Positions 10,051 to 20,493 of a stretch of 64,000 nt of DNA are shown here, one piece after another. Below the pieces are notes generated by a model, which saw only the letters and a program-made list of their open reading frames with translations, made no database searches and had not been told where the DNA came from. Source of the DNA: an uncultured delta proteobacterium. GTDB taxonomy: Bacteria; Desulfobacterota; Syntrophobacteria; BM002. A program made the position numbers and the translations under genes. Within the stretch, counting starts at the first letter, position 1. Each line of letters opens with the position of its first letter. The stretch lies in NCBI GenBank assembly GCA_963712115.1, contig CAVQGX010000018.1:32001-96000 (forward strand), given 5' to 3'.

Positions 10051-10854
10051 CTAGAGGGGATTACCAAGCACTTGTAAGAATTCCAGGACATGAGAAATTA
10101 CAATGGTCAAGATCACTCCAAGGGCAAGGAATCCCATTATGACAAGCGGCAGGAGGAGGGCAAAAAAAACTTTGGTTTTAGAGGTGTGGTGGGCCTGGCT
10201 AAGACCAACAAAGTATAACACTATTGCCCAAAGGGGCATTACTATCCTGCCCAGAAAGGGAATTACATTGATGATGGAGGTCGCGCCAGAGGCGTAGGCC
10301 ATCACCTGAAAGGTGGCTGAAAATGGACGTCGGCTTGCGAGTAGAATTCTAAGAACTAGGTGGACGAGCCCTGCAGCGAGGAAGATGAGGGCTAAGAATA
10401 GAACAGGAGTAAGCAAGATGGTACCAGCAAAGCGGACGGTGTTGTCTAAAGCGTTGCTTTCTATAATACCGTAGTGAATACCGAGGAGGGTAATCCAATA
10501 GCGGCCAATAATTTGTCCCAGAGATCCATAGATAAGCAAATATACAAGAGCGTTGCCTATACCAGCGTCGTAGTTTAAAGCTGAAAAGATAGCTGAGGGG
10601 CGAAAGAGAATGGACTTGCTGGTCCGCCAGAAGGCGGCCATATCCAACCATGAGCTTCGCATCTCCCACTCCACCCTCGGGGATTGTACCATCTTGCGCG
10701 CACCTTGTACGGAAGACGCCACTGACGAAACTTGTTCATCGGGGTAGATTATGAGTGTTTGGCAGCGAGGGCAAAAGAACGGCTGCTCTACAGTCATGCG
10801 GTTTGTGGCGCTGATTGCTCCCGCAAATTTACATTTTGGACAGCGAATAATCAT
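10051..10854 (-). CDS. Zinc-ribbon + YIP1 family membrane protein
   Basis: CPKC/CPRC N-terminus; Yip1-like five-TM C-terminus (F.ATFQV.AYASG). Confidence 0.8.
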   Translation of the reverse strand: MIIRCPKCKFAGAISATNRMTVEQPFFCPRCQTLIIYPDEQVSSVASSVQGARKMVQSPRVEWEMRSSWLDMAAFWRTSKSILFRPSAIFSALNYDAGIGNALVYLLIYGSLGQIIGRYWITLLGIHYGIIESNALDNTVRFAGTILLTPVLFLALIFLAAGLVHLVLRILLASRRPFSATFQVMAYASGATSIINVIPFLGRIVMPLWAIVLYFVGLSQAHHTSKTKVFFALLLPLVIMGFLALGVILTIVISHVLEFLQVLGNPL

Positions 10855-11067
10855 TGCATTTCATATTTAACGTTTACTTGCAATCGCTTCGCTCTGAACT
10901 ATCCTCAGAGTGCTCTGGCCATCTTCGAAGGACTCTACTCCAATTTTGAATAATAACATTATCCCCAGAGAGTTCATACCAATTCCTGTAGGAGCAAGCT
11001 GTGCGTGCCACGACGCAGAGCGCATTGCGCTGCGAGACGAGACTTTCAGCCGGCAGCTTACAACGGG

Positions 11068-11413
11068 CAGCTGGCAGGCAAAGAGTCACTTGCCTTCGGC
11101 GTCATTAGGTCACTACGCTCCGCTGTCATTTATTGTAAAAGGTTGAAGCCAGAGGTCAGAAGTCGGAGGTCGGAAGACAGAGGGCAGCAGGTCACTAGGC
11201 ACTAAGGACTAGGCACTAAACACCAAATTATATAAGAATTCAGGAGTCAGAATCCAGAATCCAGCAGGGAGAAACATAAAGAGTGTTCTTCCATTTTGGC
11301 TACTGGCTCCTGACGCCTGGCTCCTTGAGCTTTAAGACTTGAACGACTTAAAAGACTTAAAAGACTTAAAAGATTTCCTTTGACCTATGAGCTTTCAGCT
11401 GTGAGCTGATTTG
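11068..11413 (+). repeat. ~340-bp composite repeat, copy 1 (contains the 56-bp REP-like module A at 11083-11138)
   Basis: Near-identical to the reverse complement of 23036-23357; GACTTAAAA x3 here versus x2 there. Confidence 0.92.
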
Positions 11414-11450
11414 GCGATTTCAACCGACAAATGATAAATGTGAGATGCGT

Positions 11451-11506
11451 AACTGGGGCCCCAAAAAAAATTGGGGACTGAGCGGAGCGATGCGAGCGCG
11501 AAGAAA
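11451..11506 (+). repeat. Dispersed repeat D copy 1 (aactggggcc...ttggggactgagcggagcga.gcgagcgcgaagaaa)
   Basis: Second copy at 13649-13706. Confidence 0.85.
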
Positions 11507-11635
11507 CGAACAGTGATAAGTGGCTGTCGACATTACAAAAAATACTTTGACACTTTTATCTGACTATGGTACTCAGAGGAGAAAACGAGCAGGGTGATGT
11601 CAAACAACTTCGTCAGAAGCAGCTAGATGGAGTAA

Positions 11636-12490
11636 TTGGGCATGGCAGAGCAATTTGGGCGCGTGGCAATAGTTGGCCTTGGTTTGAAGGGAGGATCACT
11701 CGCAATGGTCCTTCGGAAGAAGCGCATTGCCAGGGAGGTCGTTGGTATAGATACGAATCAGACTATTCTAACCAAAGCAGTTCACCGTAATATTGTGGAC
11801 CAAGCGGTAGCAGAACTTGCAGAAGGTCTACCCCAAGCAGATCTGGTAGTCATAGCAGTGCCAACTCAATCCGCCCCTGAGGTTTTGGCCAGCGTTGCGC
11901 CCCATCTTCAGGTCGGTACAGTTGTGTGCGATGTGGGAAGGCTAAAAGGGCCTGTACTGGAAAAAGCAGGAGAAATACTACCTGAGGAGAATCCTTTTGT
12001 GGGCTGCCATCCTGTGGTTTACATGGAGGATAAAGATATCGATGAGGCTTTTCCTGCTCTCTTCCAAAACCGGCCCTGCATACTCACACTGGGCAGAAGG
12101 CGGGATGAGGAGGCTGTCAAACGGATCAGGGAGATGTGGGAGGCGGCAGGGTGCAAGGTCGAGGAAATGGACCCGGAGGTTCATGACCGGCTTTTTTCCG
12201 TACTAGAGGATCTTCCCGTCTTACTCATAAGACTTATCCATAAAGCTGCGGGTCAAGTAAGCCGCTATGTGGATGAGGTGGAAGATTATTTTAGCAGAGA
12301 GCTCAAAGAGATCGCCAAGATTGATGCCACCATTTCTCAGCAGGTGACGGAGAGATTTTGGGCTAATCGCAAATCAATTGTCCATGTTCTTGCCTATTAT
12401 CGCCTCAAACTAAAAGAAGTGAGCGAAGTACTACAGGGAGGAAGTCTCGATGATCTGAAGGCCCTATTGCAGCCGAGATATCGAGCATAA
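11636..12490 (+). CDS. tyrA: Prephenate/arogenate dehydrogenase family protein (divergent)
   Basis: Rossmann GLGLKGGSLA, DVG..K, HP, HDR; several active-site motifs are atypical. Confidence 0.7.
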   Translation: MGMAEQFGRVAIVGLGLKGGSLAMVLRKKRIAREVVGIDTNQTILTKAVHRNIVDQAVAELAEGLPQADLVVIAVPTQSAPEVLASVAPHLQVGTVVCDVGRLKGPVLEKAGEILPEENPFVGCHPVVYMEDKDIDEAFPALFQNRPCILTLGRRRDEEAVKRIREMWEAAGCKVEEMDPEVHDRLFSVLEDLPVLLIRLIHKAAGQVSRYVDEVEDYFSRELKEIAKIDATISQQVTERFWANRKSIVHVLAYYRLKLKEVSEVLQGGSLDDLKALLQPRYRA

Positions 12491-12541
12491 GCAGCTTTAT
12501 TCAGTCTCATGACCGCACAATTATTTATCTTAGGTGGGCCT

Positions 12542-12704
12542 TCAAAATTCTAAATCCTAAGCACGAAGCACGAAACAAATTCAAAATACCAATTCTTCAA
12601 TGTTCAAAATAAAATTGAACAAATAGACTCATCCTCGGTTTTGGTCCTTTGAATTTGGTGAATTCGAATTTGTTTCGGATTTCGATATTCGGATTTCGGA
12701 TTTC
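12542..12704. repeat. Inverted array element F (aaatcctaagcacgaa... / ...tttgtttcggatttcg)
   Basis: Complementary arms; homologous copy at ~55613-55745. Confidence 0.8.
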
Positions 12705-12744
12705 TATTGGTCTAATATTTTTATGCTGCCCGGCATAGGTCTTT

Positions 12745-13542
12745 TTGGGAATAGATGATTTGCCTATGGCCAGACCGTCTCCTGATCCTTCCATCACAAT
12801 TCCTCAGCTTGACGACCATCAGTCTAGGCCTCTTATGGCAAAAATGGCGCGTCTTTTACGCCAAATAGGCGCCTTGAAGGAGACTGAGCGATTCCGCCAA
12901 AACCTGAGACTGCCTCAGGAGGCCCTACGTTTGAGCCAACGGGCCTTTCGATTGTATGACGAATACCTAGTTTATGCCCTCAAAGAGCTAGGGAAAAAAG
13001 GCTGGCAGGTCTATTGCGCTCCGGGTTGTGCTGCCTGCTGTTTTAGCATGCCTGCAGGAATCAGCAATTGGGAGTTTCTCATAATTTATGATCATCTCCA
13101 GCAGGATGGACAACTTTCAAAGTTCTTCAGGAGAAATCTTGAAAGTTGCCAAGTACTCGCCCGGGTGAGTGGGCAACTGTTTGATGGGTGGACCAAGAAG
13201 GGAACCGAAGACAAGTCCAGATACGAGAGGCTTTTGCACGATTACATCCTGGCTAAACACCCCTGTGCTTTCCAAGGCGAATCACAGGATTGTCAGATCT
13301 ACTCGGTGCGACCACTGGCTTGTCGAATGCATTTTGCTTTCACCCCGCCTGAGTTATGTGACCCAACTCATCCCCATTTTTCTCAGGCAGTTCGTCTCAA
13401 TCTAAGTCCTCACGGTGATGCTGATGAGGAGTTGAAAAAGCTAGACTCCCGCCTAAACCTTGGCATTAGCGATCTCCTGGCTCCTGGGCTGGTCTCGCTG
13501 ACGGCCAATGTCCTGCGCTTCTCTCCTATTTCATGGATATAA
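12745..13542 (+). CDS. YkgJ-family CxxCxxCC cysteine-cluster protein
   Basis: CAPGCAACC, CAF, CQIYSVRPLACR. Confidence 0.85.
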   Translation: MGIDDLPMARPSPDPSITIPQLDDHQSRPLMAKMARLLRQIGALKETERFRQNLRLPQEALRLSQRAFRLYDEYLVYALKELGKKGWQVYCAPGCAACCFSMPAGISNWEFLIIYDHLQQDGQLSKFFRRNLESCQVLARVSGQLFDGWTKKGTEDKSRYERLLHDYILAKHPCAFQGESQDCQIYSVRPLACRMHFAFTPPELCDPTHPHFSQAVRLNLSPHGDADEELKKLDSRLNLGISDLLAPGLVSLTANVLRFSPISWI

Positions 13543-13648
13543 CATTTCTCATTTCTCATCTGTCATTTGCTATTTGGCAATTGTGATTTATCATTAAATA
13601 CTACTCTGCCGCGATTACCAGTGGCGGATATCGAATGAAGAAATGCGA

Positions 13649-13706
13649 AACTGGGGCCTCGACCAAGAGGTTGGGGACTGAGCGGAGCGAGGCGAGCGCG
13701 AAGAAA
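13649..13706 (+). repeat. Dispersed repeat D copy 2, abutting the uvrA start codon
   Basis: Matches 11451-11506. Confidence 0.85.
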
Positions 13707-16700
13707 TGAAAAATGATAACTGCATCAGGATAATAGGTGCAAAACAGAATAATCTAAAAAATCTGAGCCTGGACCTTCCCCGGGGACAACTTATCGCCGT
13801 TACTGGTGTGAGTGGCTCCGGCAAGTCAAGCCTGGCCTTGGAAACTCTTTATGCTGAGGGTCAACGGCGCTATGTTGAAACCTTCTCGCCCTATGCCCGC
13901 CAGTTCCTGGACAGACTTGACAGACCTCAGGTGGAGGCCATTATTGGCATCCCTCCAGCCATAGCCATAGAGCAAGGAAACCGCATCAAAAGTTCCCGTT
14001 CCACTGTGGGCACAATAACGGAACTTGCAGACCATCTCAAATTGCTCTTTGCCCGAACCGGAGTGCTCCATTGTGGGCAATGCGCCAGACCTGTTCATCA
14101 GGATAGCCTTGAGAACATTTGGTCCTCACTATCAAACGTCCCAGCAGAAACCCCGGCTCTGATAACTTTTCCATTGGAAAAGGAGGGTCGAACCATTGAG
14201 GATATTCGTCTCTATTTGTGGCGTCATGGGTTCCGTCGTCTTTGGCACCAGGGAAAAATACTTAACCTGGATGAACAGTCGATTCCTAATGACGAGCATC
14301 TTGATGTGTTGGTGGATAGAACTGTCTGGAGTCCGGAGAATAGAAAGCGGGTTTTTGACTCGATGGAGCAGGCCTACCATTTCGGCGAGGGTAAGCTCAA
14401 GGTAGTATTCCCCCCTGAGGTCGAGTATCAATTCTCAGCCACATACCATTGTGCTTTCTGTGACATTAGCTATCCTGCCCCCTCATCCCATCTCTTTTCC
14501 TTTAACAGTCCCTTGGGTGCCTGCGAGACCTGTCGAGGCTTCGGCCGAATTATCGATGTGGACCTCGATTTGGTGATACCAGACAAAAACTTGTCCTTGA
14601 AAAAGGGTGCAATCAAGCCGTGGTCCACAGGGCGGATGGAATACTATGATCTTATGGATTTCTGCACCGCGTTGGGAATCCCCACAGATATGCCCTTTAA
14701 CAAACTGTCACCAGGCCAGCAGGAGGCAGTAATAGAAGAAAGTGACGAATTCTACGGAGTCCGCGGCTTCTTTCGCTGGCTCGAAACCAAGACTTACAAG
14801 ATGCACGTTCGGGTTTTTCTTTCCCGCTACCGGGCCTATCTCACCTGTCCAGCCTGCGGAGGGAGTCGTTTTCAGCCTCTCACTCTGCTTTATCGGGTAG
14901 GTGATATGAACATTTCCGAAGTCAACCAGATTTCCATTACTCGGGCGCTGGTTTTTTTTAGACAGGTTGCCGGGACAATCAAGGCTGACCCTGCGTCTGC
15001 CTTGGTGTGCAGAGAGATCATTGCCCGTCTTACTTATTTGTCGGAAGTGGGGCTCGGCTATTTGAGTATGGATAGATCATCTCGTAGCCTTTCCGGAGGT
15101 GAGGTTCAGCGGGTCCACTTAACCCGTGCGCTGGGTTCACCGCTGGTCAATACTCTCTATGTGTTAGATGAGCCCAGTGTGGGTTTGCATCCCCGGGACA
15201 ACCAGAGACTGATAAACATCCTTAGGGCTCTCACACGCCAGCACAACACAGTAGTGGTAGTGGAGCACGACCCAGAGATCATTCGCGCCAGCGACTACCT
15301 CGTAGATCTGGGCCCGGGAGCAGGAGAGCGGGGCGGGGAGGCAGTATTTGCTGGACCCAGCGCTGATGTGGCTTCCGCCGAAAACTCTAGAACTGCTTTG
15401 TATCTCACTGGCCGCAGTCGCATCTCCCGACCAGGCAAAAGAAGAAAACCTCGTTCAGACCGTTGGTTGAATTTACTGGGCATAAAAACGCATAACCTCC
15501 AAAACCTTGATGTGCGCATTCCTTTGGGGCTTATGGTTGCTGTAACCGGAGTGTCCGGTTCCGGGAAAAGCACCTTAGTAGAAGAGGTACTCTATCGCAA
15601 CTGGCTTCGGGCCAAGGGGCTTGCCACTGACCCCCCTGGTTACTGTCGGAAGATAGAGGGTTGGAAGCATATCAACGATGTGGTGCTCATTGATCAGCAG
15701 CCCATTGGAAGATCTCCCCGGGCCAATCTGCTTACTTACACCGGAGCTTTGACCCCCATAAGGGATTTGTTTGCCAGGACGGATTTGGCAAAGCTGAGGA
15801 AATACGGTCCCGGTCATTTCTCCTTCAATGTGCCGGGTGGTCGCTGTGAGGCCTGTGCCGGCCAGGGATCCGAGAAAGTTGAGATGCAGTTTCTGGCTGA
15901 TGTTTATTTGGAATGTGGAGTGTGTAAAGGGAGCCGTTTCCGGGAAGAAATCCTGGAGGTGAGCTACCGGGGTTTTTCAATTGGACAGGTTTTGGGACTG
16001 ACCCTAAATGAAGCCATGGACCTCTTTGCAGATGAGCCGCGAGTCTTACGTGCTCTCTCCTTCCTGATTGGAGTGGGATTGGATTATCTGCGATTGGGAC
16101 AGCCCATCAGTACACTTTCGGGCGGTGAGAGTCAACGCTTGAAGCTTGCCCGCTCCCTGCAAGTAAAGGGTGACAAAAATACCCTAATCATCCTGGATGA
16201 ACCAACCACAGGGCTCCATGCTGATGACACCAAGTTGCTGGTGAAGACCTTGAATCGTCTTGTTGATGGAGGGAGCACAATTGTGGTGGTGGAACATAAT
16301 CTGGACGTAGTCCAATCTGTGGACCATGTAATTGACCTCGGCCCGGAAGGAGGAGATGAAGGAGGTAAGGTAGTCGCTGCAGGCACGCCAGAGGAAATCA
16401 GCAAGTCTTCAAAATCCCATACGGGCCGTTTTCTTGCCAAATACTGGGAGTCCACTGAAGAGGTCGTTGCCACCGGCAAGTTGCCCCAAAGCACTGATGA
16501 CCATGAGTTAGTGATGATCCGTGGCGCTCGGGAACATAATTTGAGAAATCTAAACCTGGATCTGCCCCGCGAGCAGCTAGTGGTAATTACCGGTGTGTCC
16601 GGGTCGGGCAAATCAACCCTGGCATTCAACGTCCTATTTGCCGAGGGCCAGCGCCGCTATTTGGATAGTCTTTCGACCTTTGCCAGGCAATATCTACCTA

Positions 16701-19003
16701 TTCTGGATCGGCCTGAGGCCGAGGAGATAAGCGGAGTGCCCCCAACTGTGGCCATTGATCAACGGAGCAGTCAAATGGGGCCTCGCTCCACTGTGGCAAC
16801 TATAACTGAGATCTATCACTACCTTCGCCTTCTGTTCAGCAAGGTAGGAGAGCCACACTGCCCAACCTGCGGTGACGGTATTAGCGCTATGAGCCCGGAA
16901 CAAATAACCCGAGACATGCGCCAAAAATTCAAAAGTAAGAATTTAATATTGCTTGCCCCCAAAATAATTGGTCGCAAGGGGTTTCACCGCCAGATCCTGG
17001 AGCGAGCTGTGGTTCAAGGCTATGACCAGGCCCGCATAGACGGCCAGTTATTATCTCTAGATCCTATTCCGAAGTTGAGACGATTTCAGGAACACGATGT
17101 GGAGATAGTCATTCGCAGGTGGCAAAGGCTTTTAAAGAAAAACGATATTCAACTCGCAGAGGCAGTGGACGAAGCCCTGGCTGTGGGCGATGGGCAAGTG
17201 GTCGCCTGGGGTGGTAACGGAAGAGAGGTGTTCTACAGCCGTCGTTTGACCTGCGGTCGTTGCCACCTCGGAATGCCTAGCCTCGATCCCCGGCTGTTCT
17301 CATTCAACAGCAGGCATGGCGCCTGCGAGGGTTGCGAAGGTGTCGGCCGATCGAGAGGTTCCGGGGATGAATCGGTCTGTATGGTATGCAATGGCTCTAG
17401 ATTGAACCAAACGGCTTTGAGCGTCAGGATTGGGGGTTTGAATATATGGGAAGTCTGTGCTCACTCTGTGTCAGCCGCCCGCGAGCTTTTCCTTTCTTGG
17501 CAGTTTGCCGGCCGAGAGGCTAAGATTGCCCAACCTCTTATTGATGAGATTCTCAACCGTCTCCATTTCCTCGAACAGGTAGGTCTAGGCTATCTGCACT
17601 TGGAGCGCAGTGCAGATACTCTGTCGGGTGGTGAAGCACAGAGGATCAGGTTAGCGGCTCAAATGGGGTCTAATCTGCGTGGCGTCTGCTACATTCTAGA
17701 TGAACCTACTGTTGGCCTTCATCCTCGTGACAATGAAAAGCTTTTGGAAACGCTCACTGAACTAAAGCGGAAAGGCAACACAATTGTAGTCGTCGAGCAC
17801 GATGAGGAGACGATCAGGAGGGCAGATCACCTCATTGATTTAGGTCCAGGTGCCGGGCAACACGGGGGTAATTTGGTTGCCAGTGGCACCCTGGCGGATT
17901 TGCAAAGAACACCTCAGTCAGTCACCGGCAGTTACCTGAATGGGGACGGTCGGAGGCGGTTAACTTCCAGGGAGAGGAAACCACCCTCAGGCAACTGGCT
18001 CAAACTGCACGGGGCTCGGGCGCGCAATCTTAAAAATATAGATGTTTTCTTGCCCCTGGGAACCTTTAGCTGCGTTACCGGCGTATCAGGGTCCGGTAAG
18101 TCCACTCTAGTGGAAGAAACACTGTACAAGGCCCTGGCCACCAAATTAAACAAATCCGATATTCAACCGGGGTCTCACCAAGATTTGCTTGGTTGGGAGA
18201 ACCTGGACCGGGTAATGAAGGTGGATCACAGTCCCATTGGTCGGACACCTCGCTCTGTGCCGGCTACCTACGTGGGGGTTTTAACTGAGATACGGCGGCT
18301 TTTTGCTTTAACCCCCGAAGCACGAGCCAGAGGTTACGGGCCGGGTCGGTTTTCATTCAACCTAGCCACTGGAAGATGCCAGAATTGCAAGGGTCAGGGG
18401 CAAGTTAGGGTAGAAATGGCCTTTTTGCCCGATGTCTATGTTAAGTGTGAGCAGTGTGGTGGTCACCGTTACAATAGTGAAACTCTGGCAGTACGGTACA
18501 AGGGAAAGAACATAGCAGAAGTTCTAGGGATGACCCTGGAAGAAGGAGCGGATTTTTTTGGGGCAGTAGGCAAGATTCAGCGCTCACTGCAATTGCTTGT
18601 TGATCTAGGCTTGGGATACCTTGGCATGGGGCAACCCAGTCCTACACTCTCCGGTGGTGAGGCTCAGAGACTGAAGTTAGCAAACGAACTCGCCACCAAC
18701 CACAAGGCCCGGATCCTCTATATCTTGGATGAACCCACCACCGGCCTTCACATTGCTGATGTAGAAAAGCTGGTAAAGGTATTGCAGGCACTGGTTGATC
18801 GAGGTCACACCCTAGTGGTGATCGAGCACAACTTGGAAGTAATAAAAGAGGCTGATTACATTATCGACCTTGGCCCTGAGGGGGGTGATGGAGGAGGAGA
18901 AGTTGTGGCGTCCGGCTCGCCCGTGGAGCTGTTGAACAAAACAGAGAGATCATACACAGCGCGTTACCTTAAAGCATATCTTCAAGGCAGTAATGGCGCA
19001 TAA
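13706..19003 (+). CDS. uvrA: Excinuclease ABC subunit A, tandem-duplicated form
   Basis: Four GVSGSGKS Walker A motifs, four LSGGE signatures and UvrA zinc fingers; two UvrA units in 1765 aa. Confidence 0.95.
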   Translation: MKNDNCIRIIGAKQNNLKNLSLDLPRGQLIAVTGVSGSGKSSLALETLYAEGQRRYVETFSPYARQFLDRLDRPQVEAIIGIPPAIAIEQGNRIKSSRSTVGTITELADHLKLLFARTGVLHCGQCARPVHQDSLENIWSSLSNVPAETPALITFPLEKEGRTIEDIRLYLWRHGFRRLWHQGKILNLDEQSIPNDEHLDVLVDRTVWSPENRKRVFDSMEQAYHFGEGKLKVVFPPEVEYQFSATYHCAFCDISYPAPSSHLFSFNSPLGACETCRGFGRIIDVDLDLVIPDKNLSLKKGAIKPWSTGRMEYYDLMDFCTALGIPTDMPFNKLSPGQQEAVIEESDEFYGVRGFFRWLETKTYKMHVRVFLSRYRAYLTCPACGGSRFQPLTLLYRVGDMNISEVNQISITRALVFFRQVAGTIKADPASALVCREIIARLTYLSEVGLGYLSMDRSSRSLSGGEVQRVHLTRALGSPLVNTLYVLDEPSVGLHPRDNQRLINILRALTRQHNTVVVVEHDPEIIRASDYLVDLGPGAGERGGEAVFAGPSADVASAENSRTALYLTGRSRISRPGKRRKPRSDRWLNLLGIKTHNLQNLDVRIPLGLMVAVTGVSGSGKSTLVEEVLYRNWLRAKGLATDPPGYCRKIEGWKHINDVVLIDQQPIGRSPRANLLTYTGALTPIRDLFARTDLAKLRKYGPGHFSFNVPGGRCEACAGQGSEKVEMQFLADVYLECGVCKGSRFREEILEVSYRGFSIGQVLGLTLNEAMDLFADEPRVLRALSFLIGVGLDYLRLGQPISTLSGGESQRLKLARSLQVKGDKNTLIILDEPTTGLHADDTKLLVKTLNRLVDGGSTIVVVEHNLDVVQSVDHVIDLGPEGGDEGGKVVAAGTPEEISKSSKSHTGRFLAKYWESTEEVVATGKLPQSTDDHELVMIRGAREHNLRNLNLDLPREQLVVITGVSGSGKSTLAFNVLFAEGQRRYLDSLSTFARQYLPILDRPEAEEISGVPPTVAIDQRSSQMGPRSTVATITEIYHYLRLLFSKVGEPHCPTCGDGISAMSPEQITRDMRQKFKSKNLILLAPKIIGRKGFHRQILERAVVQGYDQARIDGQLLSLDPIPKLRRFQEHDVEIVIRRWQRLLKKNDIQLAEAVDEALAVGDGQVVAWGGNGREVFYSRRLTCGRCHLGMPSLDPRLFSFNSRHGACEGCEGVGRSRGSGDESVCMVCNGSRLNQTALSVRIGGLNIWEVCAHSVSAARELFLSWQFAGREAKIAQPLIDEILNRLHFLEQVGLGYLHLERSADTLSGGEAQRIRLAAQMGSNLRGVCYILDEPTVGLHPRDNEKLLETLTELKRKGNTIVVVEHDEETIRRADHLIDLGPGAGQHGGNLVASGTLADLQRTPQSVTGSYLNGDGRRRLTSRERKPPSGNWLKLHGARARNLKNIDVFLPLGTFSCVTGVSGSGKSTLVEETLYKALATKLNKSDIQPGSHQDLLGWENLDRVMKVDHSPIGRTPRSVPATYVGVLTEIRRLFALTPEARARGYGPGRFSFNLATGRCQNCKGQGQVRVEMAFLPDVYVKCEQCGGHRYNSETLAVRYKGKNIAEVLGMTLEEGADFFGAVGKIQRSLQLLVDLGLGYLGMGQPSPTLSGGEAQRLKLANELATNHKARILYILDEPTTGLHIADVEKLVKVLQALVDRGHTLVVIEHNLEVIKEADYIIDLGPEGGDGGGEVVASGSPVELLNKTERSYTARYLKAYLQGSNGA

Positions 19004-19020
19004 TCCAGCAGGCAGCTAAT

Positions 19021-19076
19021 GAGTCACTTGCCTTCGGCGTCATTAGGTCACTACGCTCCGCTGTCATTCATTGTAA
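19021..19076 (+). repeat. REP-like module A copy
   Basis: gagtcacttgccttcggcgtcattaggtcactacgctccgctgtcatt..ttgtaa, 17 bp after the uvrA stop. Confidence 0.92.
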
Positions 19077-19272
19077 GAGGTAGAGGACAGAATTCAGGTT
19101 TCAGCTTTTTTGTTTCTCTTCCCTGACACCTGACACCTGAAACCCTGCGAATTGTTGTTTGGGATTTCCGATTGCTCTCGGCAGCCTCACCTTGGTTGCA
19201 TGGCGGCGGCAGTGGCGGGCAGGTGCTGTGGACCGGGTGGGGAGGATTGAATAAAACTATTCTATGATCTTA

Positions 19273-19680
19273 TCAAGACCCCTTCATTTTCGCCTCAATA
19301 ACGAGTTTGGCGGCTATTTCTGTAATATAGCGCATGCGACGTACTAAGGTTAAGATTAACTTTCTAAGAAGTGGCGAAAATGAATCATATTCTTTTGTGA
19401 GTCTGTCATGGTCAAGAACTCCCAACCTCACATATCCAAGAGCAACAGCCGAAGCGGCTCGAGGCACCTTGCCCCTTTCTAAGAATGCCATTTCGCCAAG
19501 GATTTGGCCCTCGCCAATAGTGGTAATGGACACCGCACCCTTAGGAGTGCTTTTTTGTATGCGAACCTGGCCTTCCAAAACGATATAGATCCAGTCTGTG
19601 GAGGTGCCCTCTCTCAAGATCACATCTCCATCTTGATACTCTTCTTCTTCCAGTAGCATGAATGGATCAATATCTATCAT
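19273..19680 (-). CDS. Cyclic nucleotide-binding domain protein
   Basis: YIVLEGQV, GEMAFL, PRAASAVA. Confidence 0.88.
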   Translation of the reverse strand: MIDIDPFMLLEEEEYQDGDVILREGTSTDWIYIVLEGQVRIQKSTPKGAVSITTIGEGQILGEMAFLERGKVPRAASAVALGYVRLGVLDHDRLTKEYDSFSPLLRKLILTLVRRMRYITEIAAKLVIEAKMKGS

Positions 19681-19936
19681 GATCTCAACCAGTTATCTGT
19701 AATTGCAGGGTTGAACTTTCATTGTTGCCTAAACTTCTACGCAAAGCACACAAATCACTCAATCAATGTTTGAGTCTCACAACAGCCTGTGGAATAAAGG
19801 TTTTTTCGTTAAGCAAGAGGATCAGCAGGAGCGGGAGGGAGAGAGATCCAGCCAGATCCGTGATCGCAGTAGGCCATTTATGAAACGTCCGGGCTATGGC
19901 TAATTTACTAGATGGTGGGGTCAAGGATCAAGAAAA

Positions 19937-20052
19937 ATCAGAGGACAGAAGACAGAAGTCGGAGGTCGGAAGTCAGAGGACAGAAGACAGAATTTCGGAT
20001 TGCGGATTTGGGATATGGGATGTGAGATATGAGATTTGGGATTGCGGATTTT
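19937..20052. repeat. Heptamer arrays (AGGACAG/AGGTCGG then GATTGCG/GATGTGA)
   Basis: Same module order at 47606-47740 and similar at 63845-63930. Confidence 0.8.
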
Positions 20053-20229
20053 TATCTGATCGCTGACGGCTGAATAGAACCGGCAAAACTGGCTAAACAG
20101 GCCAAACGAATTGTGAGGTTTGAACGATCGAATGACTAATGATAAACATTTATGATAGAATCGCGCTGCTTCGAGACAAGGAAGCATCCGGGCTAGAATC
20201 GATCAAGTAAACAAGGATAATAGTTAGAT

Positions 20230-20481
20230 ATGGACACGGGAGTCATTCTAAGAATAATACTGTTGATTGCGGCTTTTATTCTACTCTTTCTTCCTACCGT
20301 GTGGGCCATCCGGGACATAGCTTACCGCAGCTTCCCCTCCTTAAAGGCTAAAGCTATGTGGTTTGCCTTAGTAACGCTCCTGCCGCCAATTGGAGCGTTT
20401 GTCTACATTGCCGTGGGCCGGCGCCGGGCTGGGACAGCAGTTGAAGAAAAAGACCAGGGACCACTGACCACGGACAACTGA
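20230..20481 (+). CDS. PLDc N-terminal domain small membrane protein
   Basis: WAI.DI...K..W......LP.IG...Y...GR pattern. Confidence 0.8.
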   Translation: MDTGVILRIILLIAAFILLFLPTVWAIRDIAYRSFPSLKAKAMWFALVTLLPPIGAFVYIAVGRRRAGTAVEEKDQGPLTTDN

Positions 20482-20493
20482 CGGTAGATAAAA

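Noticed and set aside
19175-19250. GC-rich stretch between uvrA and the cNMP gene
   Set aside because: No convincing ORF, fold or second copy found by eye
19921-20187. ORFs 12597-12797, 19921-20187, 45986-46448 and 47532-47861
   Set aside because: Translations (IRNPKS, SDFRPPTS, FNDLNDF, RNRRNRR) are by-products of the 7-mer and 9-mer arrays
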